A stretch of DNA of 58,296 nt from Alphaproteobacteria bacterium (lineage in GTDB: Bacteria > Pseudomonadota > Alphaproteobacteria > Rs-D84), in NCBI GenBank assembly GCA_017513285.1, contig JAFXGD010000046.1, positions 1-58,296 of the forward strand, written 5' to 3'. Shown here one piece after another: positions 19,625 through 27,270 of the stretch (within the stretch, counting starts at the first letter, position 1; each line of letters starts with the position of its first letter). The position numbers and the translations under genes were made by a program. The notes beneath the pieces are model-generated. The model saw only the letters and a list, made by a program, of their open reading frames with translations. It was not told where the DNA came from and searched no databases.

Positions 19625-20500
19625 TTAAACCTCCAATTTTGTTGCGGTTATTTTATCTGTGATGCGTGAACACAGGCCTGTTAAAACATTGCCTGGGCCG
19701 ATTTCGATTTGTTGCGTTATTCCCAATTCGGCCATTGCCAAGACACTTTCACGCCAACGTACACCGTGTGTTATTTGATATACCAACGCATCCTTGATTT
19801 CGTTTACATCCGTCAAAGGCGTACATGTTTTATTTGAAATAATTGGCACGATTGGTGTTTTAAAATCTATTTCATCCAATGCTTTACGCATGATTTCTGC
19901 GGTGGGTGCCTGCATACGGCAATGTACCGGCACCGACAGTGCCAAAGGCATTGCACGTTTTGCGCCGGCTTCTTTTGCGGCGACCATTGTTTTTTCGACC
20001 GTATCACGTGGGCCGGAAATAACGACTTGTCCGGCGGTATTGTCGTTTGCGACGTCACAGTCTGTCTGTGCGCAAATGTCCCGTACGGCATCGATATCCA
20101 ACCCCATAATAACGGCGGTCAGTCCCGAACCTGCGGGTGCGGCATTTTGCATTGCATTACCACGTACCCGCAACAGTTTTGCCGCATCACCCACCGATAT
20201 TGCGCCGGCTGCACACAGTGCGGTATATTCCCCCAAAGAATGCCCTGCGACATATTCGGGTAATGGAACGTTTGCCGCCCGCAACATTGCGATTGACGTT
20301 GCCATAATTGCGGGTTGCACATTTGCCGTCAAGGTCAGTTCTTCTGCCGGTCCATGAAAGATAATATCGGATAACTTTTCACCCAATGCGGCATCTACTT
20401 CATCAAAGACGGCCCGTGCATTGGCGTTGTTGTCGTATAAATCTTTACCCATGCCGACGACTTGTGCGCCCTGTCCCGGGAAAACAAAAACAGATGACAT
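19625..20500 (-). CDS. fabD: Malonyl-CoA:ACP transacylase
   Basis: FPGQGAQ and GHSLGE motifs. Start set to ATG 20500 (MSSVFVFPGQG) rather than the 55-codon upstream extension in the track. Confidence 0.9.
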   Translation of the reverse strand: MSSVFVFPGQGAQVVGMGKDLYDNNANARAVFDEVDAALGEKLSDIIFHGPAEELTLTANVQPAIMATSIAMLRAANVPLPEYVAGHSLGEYTALCAAGAISVGDAAKLLRVRGNAMQNAAPAGSGLTAVIMGLDIDAVRDICAQTDCDVANDNTAGQVVISGPRDTVEKTMVAAKEAGAKRAMPLALSVPVHCRMQAPTAEIMRKALDEIDFKTPIVPIISNKTCTPLTDVNEIKDALVYQITHGVRWRESVLAMAELGITQQIEIGPGNVLTGLCSRITDKITATKLEV

Positions 20501-20622
20501 ATAAAACCTTTTTTTAATAACGGGGTTATTATAGACGTTTTTTACATAATCGCAAACAGAATAATACAAATTGACAAATGTGAAATATGTGATACTGTTA
20601 TGGTGGTAAATAAGAGGATAAA

Positions 20623-20877
20623 ATGTATTTTTGTACCAAGTATGATGATTGGCATTTCTGTCCATATCGTGATATAAATGATTTGTGTATGCAGCCCCGT
20701 TATAAAAACTGTGCGCATGCGGTTGAATTTTCGGCCACTGCGGCGCAGCGTGGCGGATGCATTGTGGATTGTTTGCTGTATAACATGAACAAGACCCCCG
20801 ATTACAGGCTTAACAAAACGCAACCTAATTACAGAATTATAAAACCTGCGCCTAATCGCAGTGGTAAAAAAAGGTAA
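20623..20877 (+). CDS. Hypothetical Cys-rich 84-aa protein
   Basis: Preceded by TTGACA-N17-like -10 and a GAGGA SD. Seven Cys; no family recognised. Confidence 0.4.
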   Translation: MYFCTKYDDWHFCPYRDINDLCMQPRYKNCAHAVEFSATAAQRGGCIVDCLLYNMNKTPDYRLNKTQPNYRIIKPAPNRSGKKR

Positions 20878-20883
20878 TAAAAT

Positions 20884-21294
20884 ATGTCAAAAAGAACTAC
20901 GGCAGATACTCAAATTCAAGTTTATTTAACGTACCCCGGGGGCGAATTGTTAAAGATTGGTAAACCCATATCTTTACAACGTGCAACGGATATGACACGT
21001 ATGTTTCGTGGTGTCACATCCAACTGCATTGGTACGGGTGTTGCAAAATTAGAATATGAAGTTGGTACCGAAAATTTAAAACAAGGCAAATTGGTATTCG
21101 AATTTCCTTATGATGGCTTTGTGGTATTTAAGTGTGATATGTGCATGGGGGCGTCTGTCACTTTGCCGTTAAGCGCAGAACGTAAAATAAAATGTTGCCG
21201 TGAATACATTCGTAATGGTTTTTGCAAAGACCCAATGATGGCAATGGTTGTTGGTGCGGGTTTGTATCCAAATCGCTATACCAAAAGACGTTAA
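20884..21294 (+). CDS. Hypothetical 136-aa protein
   Basis: Begins 6 nt after the previous ORF and is closed by the family terminator. Cys cluster (CDMC...KCC...C). Confidence 0.45.
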   Translation: MSKRTTADTQIQVYLTYPGGELLKIGKPISLQRATDMTRMFRGVTSNCIGTGVAKLEYEVGTENLKQGKLVFEFPYDGFVVFKCDMCMGASVTLPLSAERKIKCCREYIRNGFCKDPMMAMVVGAGLYPNRYTKRR

Positions 21295-21300
21295 TAAAAT

Positions 21301-21335
21301 TGTTAAAAAATACCGGCATTTGCCGGTGTTTTTTT
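21301..21335. terminator. Bidirectional intrinsic terminator (repeat family)
   Basis: TGTTAAAAAATACCGGCATTTGCCGGTGTTTTTTT between convergent orf136 and queH. Confidence 0.7.
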
Positions 21336-21870
21336 ATATTTTTCTGATGCTGAATTCGCATCCGCAATAATTCTGTCTGTAAAAATCAGATTCTTTATTA
21401 ATCTGGCTGCGCATTCCTTCGTCCCATTTAATAGGTATGTACAAAATGTCGTCGCATACAGATTGTGCGGCATTGTCGACCTGTTGTTGGCTTTTGTGTC
21501 TGGATACACCCAACACAGATGCGATTGCGTTATATCCGTTTTCACGTGCAAATTTAACCGCCCGTTTAAATCTGTATTCAAAGCATATCGAACATCGTCC
21601 ACCCCGTTCGGGTTCGGATTCGAATCCACGAACCGCATTCCGCCATGCGTCATGGTCGTATTCCAACACGGCATATTTTACACCGCATGATTCACAGTAT
21701 TTAATCTGTTCGTTCATGCGTTTTGTGTATTCGGATTCCGGGAAAATATTTGGGTTGTAAAACAAGACGATAAAATCATCGACGTTTGGTATTTGTGTTT
21801 CTGCCAATTGTTTAATTGCGCCCGCCGAACACGGTGCACAGCAAGAAACCAAAACCAATCGCATTCCCAT
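21334..21870 (-). CDS. queH: Epoxyqueuosine reductase QueH (DUF208)
   Basis: 178-aa ORF with SCCAPCS, FYNPNI.P..EY, RC..CF and YCGCEFS signatures. Confidence 0.8.
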   Translation of the reverse strand: MGMRLVLVSCCAPCSAGAIKQLAETQIPNVDDFIVLFYNPNIFPESEYTKRMNEQIKYCESCGVKYAVLEYDHDAWRNAVRGFESEPERGGRCSICFEYRFKRAVKFARENGYNAIASVLGVSRHKSQQQVDNAAQSVCDDILYIPIKWDEGMRSQINKESDFYRQNYCGCEFSIRKI

Positions 21871-22196
21871 TATTTTGCCTTTACGTGACTTATTAATGCA
21901 CGATTTGTGCGCAGTTTTTGCGCCCGTGCAATTACTTGTTGTGCGTGTGCTTGGTCTTGTTCGGTTGGCAAAACCAATCTTAAGATAGGCGTATTATTCA
22001 AATGTGTATATGACACATTTTCTTTTACCATTCTTTCTGAAATATATTTAACAAACGTACAGTTTGCCGGATTCATGCAATTTGGAAAATCGTTGCATTT
22101 TTCACAACCATAGAAAGAAATAAAAGATACCTTTCTTGGTTCTGCTAACTTTTCATAACCGATAATTTTAACTTTTCTTTTAATATTATTTATCAT
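21870..22196 (-). CDS. Hypothetical 108-aa protein
   Basis: Start and stop overlap metG and queH, suggesting translational coupling. Contains CEKC...C.....C; no family recognised. Confidence 0.45.
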   Translation of the reverse strand: MINNIKRKVKIIGYEKLAEPRKVSFISFYGCEKCNDFPNCMNPANCTFVKYISERMVKENVSYTHLNNTPILRLVLPTEQDQAHAQQVIARAQKLRTNRALISHVKAK

Positions 22197-24175
22197 TTGT
22201 ATTCTGATCCTATTTTTGTATTAGTGTCTAATTCAACTATATTTTTACCAATGTCCCCCTGCCCCAGTTCGCCTGCACTGCACAGCATTCCGAACGATTC
22301 AACGCCCGCCACGGCACGTGGTGTAATGGGTTTTTTATTGCCCGGCAAAACGCAACCCACGGGTGCCAAAACACTGTGCATTCCGGGTTTTACGTTTGGT
22401 GCGCCGCACACGATTTGTACGTTTTTGTCTGCACCATAATCAACCATTAATACGTGCAAATCTTCACGTGTGGGATGTTGTTCGACGGACACAACTTTTG
22501 CCACGACCGGTACAGGCACATTTTTCTTTGGTGTGTATTTTTCATTCAATTGTGCAACCCGTTCATCGTCGATACGACCGAACAAGTTTTCCGGCACAAC
22601 AAATTCTGCGCCATTTGCGATACGGCGTTCAAAAGATTTTGGCCAAGACAAATCTTTTTTATCTGCAAAAATATTTTGCATTTTTTCTGCTGCACCCGGT
22701 ATAACCGGTGCAGACACCCGTGCAAACAAATCAATCATTTGCATACATGTGTTCAAGCATTTTCCCGCCCCATCTAAATCGCCGTTTTTCACCATGGTCC
22801 ATGGTTCGCATTTTGTCATATATTCATTACCAATTGCGTACAGTCCACGCAACGCCGCAATTGATGCACGGAATTCGCATGCATCCAAAGCGTTGGTTAA
22901 TTCTGACAATTTCTGATTAATTTCTTGTTCTAAATCCGGTTCGATATCACCTGCGGCGGGTACTTTGTTACCAAAATTTTTCTGGGTTAATTTGCAAACG
23001 CGTGATACAAAGTTCCCCAACATACCATTTAAATCTTTGTTAACGATTTCTGCGAAACGGTTGATTGTAAAGTCTGTATCATCGGTTTCTGGTGCCGATG
23101 CGATTAATGCGTACCGCCAATAATCTGCGGGCAATTCGCGAATTGCATCATTCAAGAATATACCATTGCCGGTTGATTTTGAAATCTTTGAACCATTAAA
23201 GTTCAAGAAATTCATACCCTTTAATACATCAACGGTTTTCCAATTATCATTCATTGCCAATTCTTGGGCCGGAAAGAATATAGAATGGAAAGACACATTG
23301 TCTTTACCCATAAATTGTGTGTAATGTACATCATCACCACCATGCCACCAATCGGCCCAATTTTCATTTGCGGCCTGTGAAATAGAAACATAACCCCATG
23401 GTGCATCAAACCAAACATAGAAAACTTTGTTTTCATATCCGGGCTTGTTTACGGGAATTCCCCATTTTAAATCACGTGTAATTGGGCCGTCACGCAAACC
23501 TTCGCTTAACCATTTGTTTGCGATTGCCAATGCGGTTTTTGACCACCCGCGACGTGAATCAATCCATTTGCGCAGTGCGTCTTGCATTGCGCTGTATTTA
23601 AAGTACAGGTGTTTTGTTTCCCGCATTTCAACCGGTGAATCTGGGGTGATTGCACTGTGTGGATTAATTAATTGTTCCGGTTCCAAAGTTGCACTGCATT
23701 TATCGCATTCGTTTCCATATGCTTTGTCGTGACCACACTTTGGGCAAATTCCAATAACAAATCGGTCGGCCAAGAACATTTTGTCTTTTATTGAATATGG
23801 TTGAACGGATGTTTTTTCAACCAACATATCTTGTTCTTCTAAACGTTTGAATAATTGTTGGATTAATTTTTCTTGGCGTTCTGTGTGTGTGCGCCCATAC
23901 ATATCAAAAGACAAATTAAAGTCACGGGCCGATTGTTCGTGTGCAACGCGATATTTATCGACATATTCTTCAACGGACAAACCTTCCTTCATTGCGCCAA
24001 CTTCACTGGTTGTGCCGTGTTCGTCGGACCCACAAACGTACAGTACATCACGCCCCATTGCCCGACAGAAACGTGCGTAAATATCACTGGGTAACCAACA
24101 TCCAATCAGATGTCCAATATGCAGATTATTGTTTACATATGGTAACGCAGAAGTAATTAAATATTTTTTTGCCAT
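22193..24175 (-). CDS. metG: Methionine--tRNA ligase
   Basis: HIGH-type (NLHIGHL) and KMSKS-type (KISKS) motifs, a zinc knuckle (CPKCGH...CDKC) and a C-terminal tRNA-binding domain. Confidence 0.95.
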   Translation of the reverse strand: MAKKYLITSALPYVNNNLHIGHLIGCWLPSDIYARFCRAMGRDVLYVCGSDEHGTTSEVGAMKEGLSVEEYVDKYRVAHEQSARDFNLSFDMYGRTHTERQEKLIQQLFKRLEEQDMLVEKTSVQPYSIKDKMFLADRFVIGICPKCGHDKAYGNECDKCSATLEPEQLINPHSAITPDSPVEMRETKHLYFKYSAMQDALRKWIDSRRGWSKTALAIANKWLSEGLRDGPITRDLKWGIPVNKPGYENKVFYVWFDAPWGYVSISQAANENWADWWHGGDDVHYTQFMGKDNVSFHSIFFPAQELAMNDNWKTVDVLKGMNFLNFNGSKISKSTGNGIFLNDAIRELPADYWRYALIASAPETDDTDFTINRFAEIVNKDLNGMLGNFVSRVCKLTQKNFGNKVPAAGDIEPDLEQEINQKLSELTNALDACEFRASIAALRGLYAIGNEYMTKCEPWTMVKNGDLDGAGKCLNTCMQMIDLFARVSAPVIPGAAEKMQNIFADKKDLSWPKSFERRIANGAEFVVPENLFGRIDDERVAQLNEKYTPKKNVPVPVVAKVVSVEQHPTREDLHVLMVDYGADKNVQIVCGAPNVKPGMHSVLAPVGCVLPGNKKPITPRAVAGVESFGMLCSAGELGQGDIGKNIVELDTNTKIGSEYK

Positions 24176-24196
24176 ATTGATTTGTCCTTTTTTTAC

Positions 24197-24222
24197 AAAA
24201 AAACAGACGCCAACGGGGCGTC
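24197..24222 (-). terminator. Orphan hairpin plus T-run just outside the island's left repeat
   Basis: GACGCC-AACGG-GGCGTC preceded on the plus strand by A7, giving a minus-strand terminator with no gene directly upstream. Plausibly the pre-insertion tRNA-Val terminator. Confidence 0.5.
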
Positions 24223-24315
24223 CATTGAAACCCGTTGAAACCAGATTAAAGATTAATTGTGCATTCGCATATTATTCCCAGATTTTGATTATGTTATTTA
24301 CCATCTTGGCAAATA

Positions 24316-24335
24316 ATGGTGGGTGGTATTGGACT
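24316..24335. repeat. att repeat (distal copy of the tRNA-Val 3' end)
   Basis: ATGGTGGGTGGTATTGGACT, identical to 32139-32158, followed by a degenerate T-arm-like sequence. Confidence 0.9.
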
Positions 24336-24495
24336 TTCTCCACGACCTAAAAAGTCCCAGGAATCTCCCACTTTTTTCATTTTTCCAGTACCTTTTTTCG
24401 TGGTTCCGGTACCAACGACAGCCACTCAGTGTTTTCGTAGGCAAAGTATATATTGAAAAATGGCGAATGTCAATAGAATGCCCTAAATTTTGTTC

Positions 24496-24568
24496 TAGTA
24501 AGTACTTTTTTAGTACATACTGAACCTTAGTATGTACTGATGATAGTAAGTACTTTTTAGTAAATACT
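24496..24568. repeat. Direct and inverted repeat cluster near the island end
   Basis: TAGTAAGTACTTTTT(T)AGTA(C/A)ATACT occurs twice (24496-24521, 24544-24568). Also a perfect 10-bp hairpin AGTACATACT/AGTATGTACT (24512-24538). Confidence 0.8.
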
Positions 24569-24693
24569 TCCAAATTTGCGCGCTTTATACAAGGTGGTTG
24601 ATTACGATCGGGGGCTTTTTACTTGGTTATTCCCCGCGATATATTTCCGAAGATTTTTTATAGTTCTAATCATCTGTATACGGTAGAAAAGTA

Positions 24694-24999
24694 ATGAATT
24701 TGACAGAACTAACAGTAAAAAAACTAGATCGCGACAAAGATATATTGGTTGGTACGTTTAGTTTGTGTTTTGAGAAAATGCTGCATGTTGACGGCTTTAG
24801 GGTATATTACACTTCTGCACCGCGGCATCAGTATTCAGTGTCTTTTCCGTCTAATTTTACAGTAGATAGCCCAAAAGTAAGAAAGCAAATCGTAAGTAAC
24901 ATCCTAAGACAAGTAGATCAAGAAATCGCGCGCCAAGAGATCAAACAGTACGAATTGAATGATAGTAAAATCATAACAACGCAAGAAAATAAAAAATAA
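24694..24999 (+). CDS. SpoVG-like small nucleic-acid-binding protein (tentative)
   Basis: 101-aa ORF. MNLTELTVKKLDRDKDILVGTFSLCFEKMLHVDGFRVY...SVSFPS parallels SpoVG MEVTDVRLRRV...AIASITLD..FVVHDIRVI...FVAMPS. Recognised by eye from memory. Confidence 0.4.
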   Translation: MNLTELTVKKLDRDKDILVGTFSLCFEKMLHVDGFRVYYTSAPRHQYSVSFPSNFTVDSPKVRKQIVSNILRQVDQEIARQEIKQYELNDSKIITTQENKK

Positions 25000-25031
25000 C
25001 AGTTCTATTATTTGAAAAGATAAAGAATCAG

Positions 25032-25143
25032 ACATTAGTGAAAGACAAATAGACTGATTTTTTACCTGGATACATTCACAAGATTTGCATAGAGTTTCAC
25101 TAATGTAACCCCACCAAGTTTTTGTGAATGGCTTGATGGGGTT
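25032..25143. other. Interlocking inverted repeats in an ORF-free region (candidate origin or structured RNA)
   Basis: 12-nt perfect IR 25032-25043/25095-25106; 9-nt IR 25073-25081/25122-25130; 12-nt IR with 1 mismatch 25107-25118/25132-25143. Confidence 0.6.
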
Positions 25144-25507
25144 TCTTCGTAGTCCGTAAAATCCCCCAAGCTACTATTTTTTGAACAATCCTGAACCATA
25201 GAGCCACGTTTGCTTAGCCGGCTTTTATATCGCATCGTGTCTCTGTAATTTACTCAGACAAAACTATGGGGTAAAAACGATGTAGACACAATAATTTTTC
25301 TATCTTATTGCCACCAAGCTTATAAAGGGATCCACCGCGGCAAAAGATATACAAACACTGATTAGCTGGCACTCTATAAGGGAATCATTGCGGCTCGGAA
25401 TCAGTAGAAATCTAAGAAAAATAGCATACAATTTCCACGTTGATGCAAGTTCTTTTTTTATTTTATTTCCCCCTAAAGTATAACACATAAAGCATAAGGA
25501 CTAAATA

Positions 25508-26116
25508 ATGACAGAAGAAGAATTACAAAGACAACTAGAATCTATACAACAAACTATATACAATAAAATTCCGCACGATACATCCACCTATTTTATAACT
25601 ATCACTTTACCTTATGAGTTCAAGACGTATGATATTGGTTGCTTCGCGGATAGAATGAAATATCTCTTGTCTAAATTTATAAAACACCTATTGAATTGTA
25701 AAAGACTGTGGATAGATAGTGTATATGATTTTGATGCCTTCTTTGAAAATGTAGACCAAACTGAACCATGGCATCTACACTTACTTGGAACATTTATAGA
25801 TCAAACAACGGGCGCGCAATTACCAAAAAACCTTATAGAAGAAACGATGCAAAAGGCTAGTTACAGATTCAAACAACATTACGGACTAGACAGAGAAATA
25901 AACTATAAAATAAAGCTTGTTCCTTACTCTGATATTCAAACTGTTATAGGCTACTGCACAAAAGAATTGATCCAAGGTAATGTGTTGTGTTCTGATCGTA
26001 TTTATTGCCCCAAGACCTTATTCAACCCCTTACCAAAACAACCAACTAAAAAGAAAAACCTAACCAAAACCCAAAGGAAAATTCGCAAGATAAAAAAACT
26101 GTGTGGGCTTAGCTAA
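25508..26116 (+). CDS. HUH-endonuclease Rep-like protein
   Basis: 202-aa ORF with an AAGGA SD. Motif I FITITL (aa 29-34), motif II HLHLL (aa 89-93), motif III YCTKE (aa 149-153), and a Lys-rich tail. Confidence 0.5.
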   Translation: MTEEELQRQLESIQQTIYNKIPHDTSTYFITITLPYEFKTYDIGCFADRMKYLLSKFIKHLLNCKRLWIDSVYDFDAFFENVDQTEPWHLHLLGTFIDQTTGAQLPKNLIEETMQKASYRFKQHYGLDREINYKIKLVPYSDIQTVIGYCTKELIQGNVLCSDRIYCPKTLFNPLPKQPTKKKNLTKTQRKIRKIKKLCGLS

Positions 26117-26166
26117 TATCCCGCGGTCAACTCCCATAAATATCAGCTAAGACACACAAACAACAA

Positions 26167-26352
26167 CTATAAATACCGCCTAATACCATCCGCTGTAAAA
26201 AGAATTGTCTCATAGCTATTACCGCGGACTATAACATCTCCCCCTTGGTAATAGGCTGTTTTTGCATTTTTGACTGTATAGAGATAATTTCCAGACAGAC
26301 TACGAATTATCACATCTTTGCCTACCCACTCAAAACCAACACCTATACTCAT
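26167..26352 (-). CDS. Hypothetical 61-aa protein
   Basis: Its start overlaps the stop of the upstream serine recombinase gene (ATGA). Beta-rich; no family recognised. Confidence 0.4.
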   Translation of the reverse strand: MSIGVGFEWVGKDVIIRSLSGNYLYTVKNAKTAYYQGGDVIVRGNSYETILFTADGIRRYL

Positions 26353-26921
26353 TTTTTATCCTTTTCTGGTTTTTTCATATAGTTATAAACGGAAGCTCTA
26401 CAAAGTCCAAATTTTTCAGCAACTTCTGTTATATGCATTTTCTTTTTGCGAACCAACTCTTTCAATTCTGTTATATCATCATCATCCAACTTATTTTTTC
26501 CACCTTTGAATTTTCCGCGGGCTTTGGCTATTGCGATTCCTTCTGCTTGGCGATTTTTTATCAATGCTCTCTCAAATTCCGCGATACTACCCAAAATTTG
26601 TAACATCAACGTACTCATTGCATTATCTTTCCCTGGTTCAAATCGCAAATTTTCTTTCACAAACACCACTGAACAATCTTTATCTGTGATTTCTTTTACC
26701 AATGACTGCAAATCAAACAAGTTTCTAGCCAATCTGTCTAAACTGTGGCATGTGATTTCATCTCCTGGTCTCAAATTACCCAACATAGCTACCAATTCAG
26801 GACGTTCTCTATCCTTACCGCTACATTTGTCAGTATACACGCGGTCAAAGCCTTTTTCGTCCAAAGTTTGCCTGTCGGTGTTTTGGTAAACTGACGACAC
26901 GCGGCAATATAAGAATTTCAT
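26349..26921 (-). CDS. Small serine recombinase (resolvase/invertase family)
   Basis: 190-aa ORF with a catalytic N-terminus (YCRVSSVYQNTDRQ), LDRLARN, AEFER and a C-terminal HTH. Confidence 0.85.
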   Translation of the reverse strand: MKFLYCRVSSVYQNTDRQTLDEKGFDRVYTDKCSGKDRERPELVAMLGNLRPGDEITCHSLDRLARNLFDLQSLVKEITDKDCSVVFVKENLRFEPGKDNAMSTLMLQILGSIAEFERALIKNRQAEGIAIAKARGKFKGGKNKLDDDDITELKELVRKKKMHITEVAEKFGLCRASVYNYMKKPEKDKK

Positions 26922-26934
26922 TTTTTTATCCTTT

Positions 26935-27013
26935 TGTCTAACCTAACTCTTTATATCTGTTTAGATTATACTGAATCGTGTCTAAAAGTCAAGAAAAAAA
27001 CTTAGTTTAGACA
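26935..27013. promoter_or_regulatory. Cluster of TGTCTAA-type half-sites (candidate recombinase binding / res-like site)
   Basis: TGTCTAACC (26935), inverted AATCTAAAC (26959-26967), TGTCTAAAA (26979) and inverted TGTCTAAAC (27005-27013). They form two inverted pairs upstream of the recombinase gene. Confidence 0.4.
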
Positions 27014-27242
27014 TTTTTTATTTGTATATTCTAAGTGTACCCATTTTGGACAATGCAAAAAACCATAAAAAAGCCTGTTTTATACATGCGCGCAGGATCT
27101 GTTTATAAAACATATGATAAATCGCTTATAATCGGACTATAGCGCGCTTTTTTCTCAAACACTACAAACTATACCAGAAAGCCGTTTTTTGATAAACTGG
27201 GGCAAATTTTATATTGCTTGATTTTTGTCGCGGTATTCAAAC

Positions 27243-27266
27243 AAAAACGTCCAGAAGGGACGTTTT
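27243..27266 (-). terminator. Intrinsic terminator of the methylase-nuclease operon
   Basis: ACGTCC-AGAAG-GGACGT with flanking A/T runs, 5 nt after the nuclease stop codon. Confidence 0.65.
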
Positions 27267-27270
27267 GTTA

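Noticed and set aside
24298-24573. 91-aa and 66-aa ORFs across the left island boundary.
   Set aside because: They span the att repeat and the repeat/hairpin cluster, have no SD, and their translations look repeat-driven.
25321-25394. Imperfect 22-nt direct repeat (TTATAAAGGGATCCACCGCGGC and TCTATAAGGGAATCATTGCGGC) as iterons upstream of the Rep-like gene.
   Set aside because: Only about 14 of 22 positions match and there are just two copies. That is too weak to call iterons without comparative data.
27170-27195. hix/gix-like invertase site (the right half GTTTTTTGATAA resembles the Hin hix half-site GGTTTTTGATAA).
   Set aside because: Only one half-site is convincing; the left half matches at about 8 of 12 positions. 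No partner site was found on the other flank, so it could be chance in AT-rich DNA.
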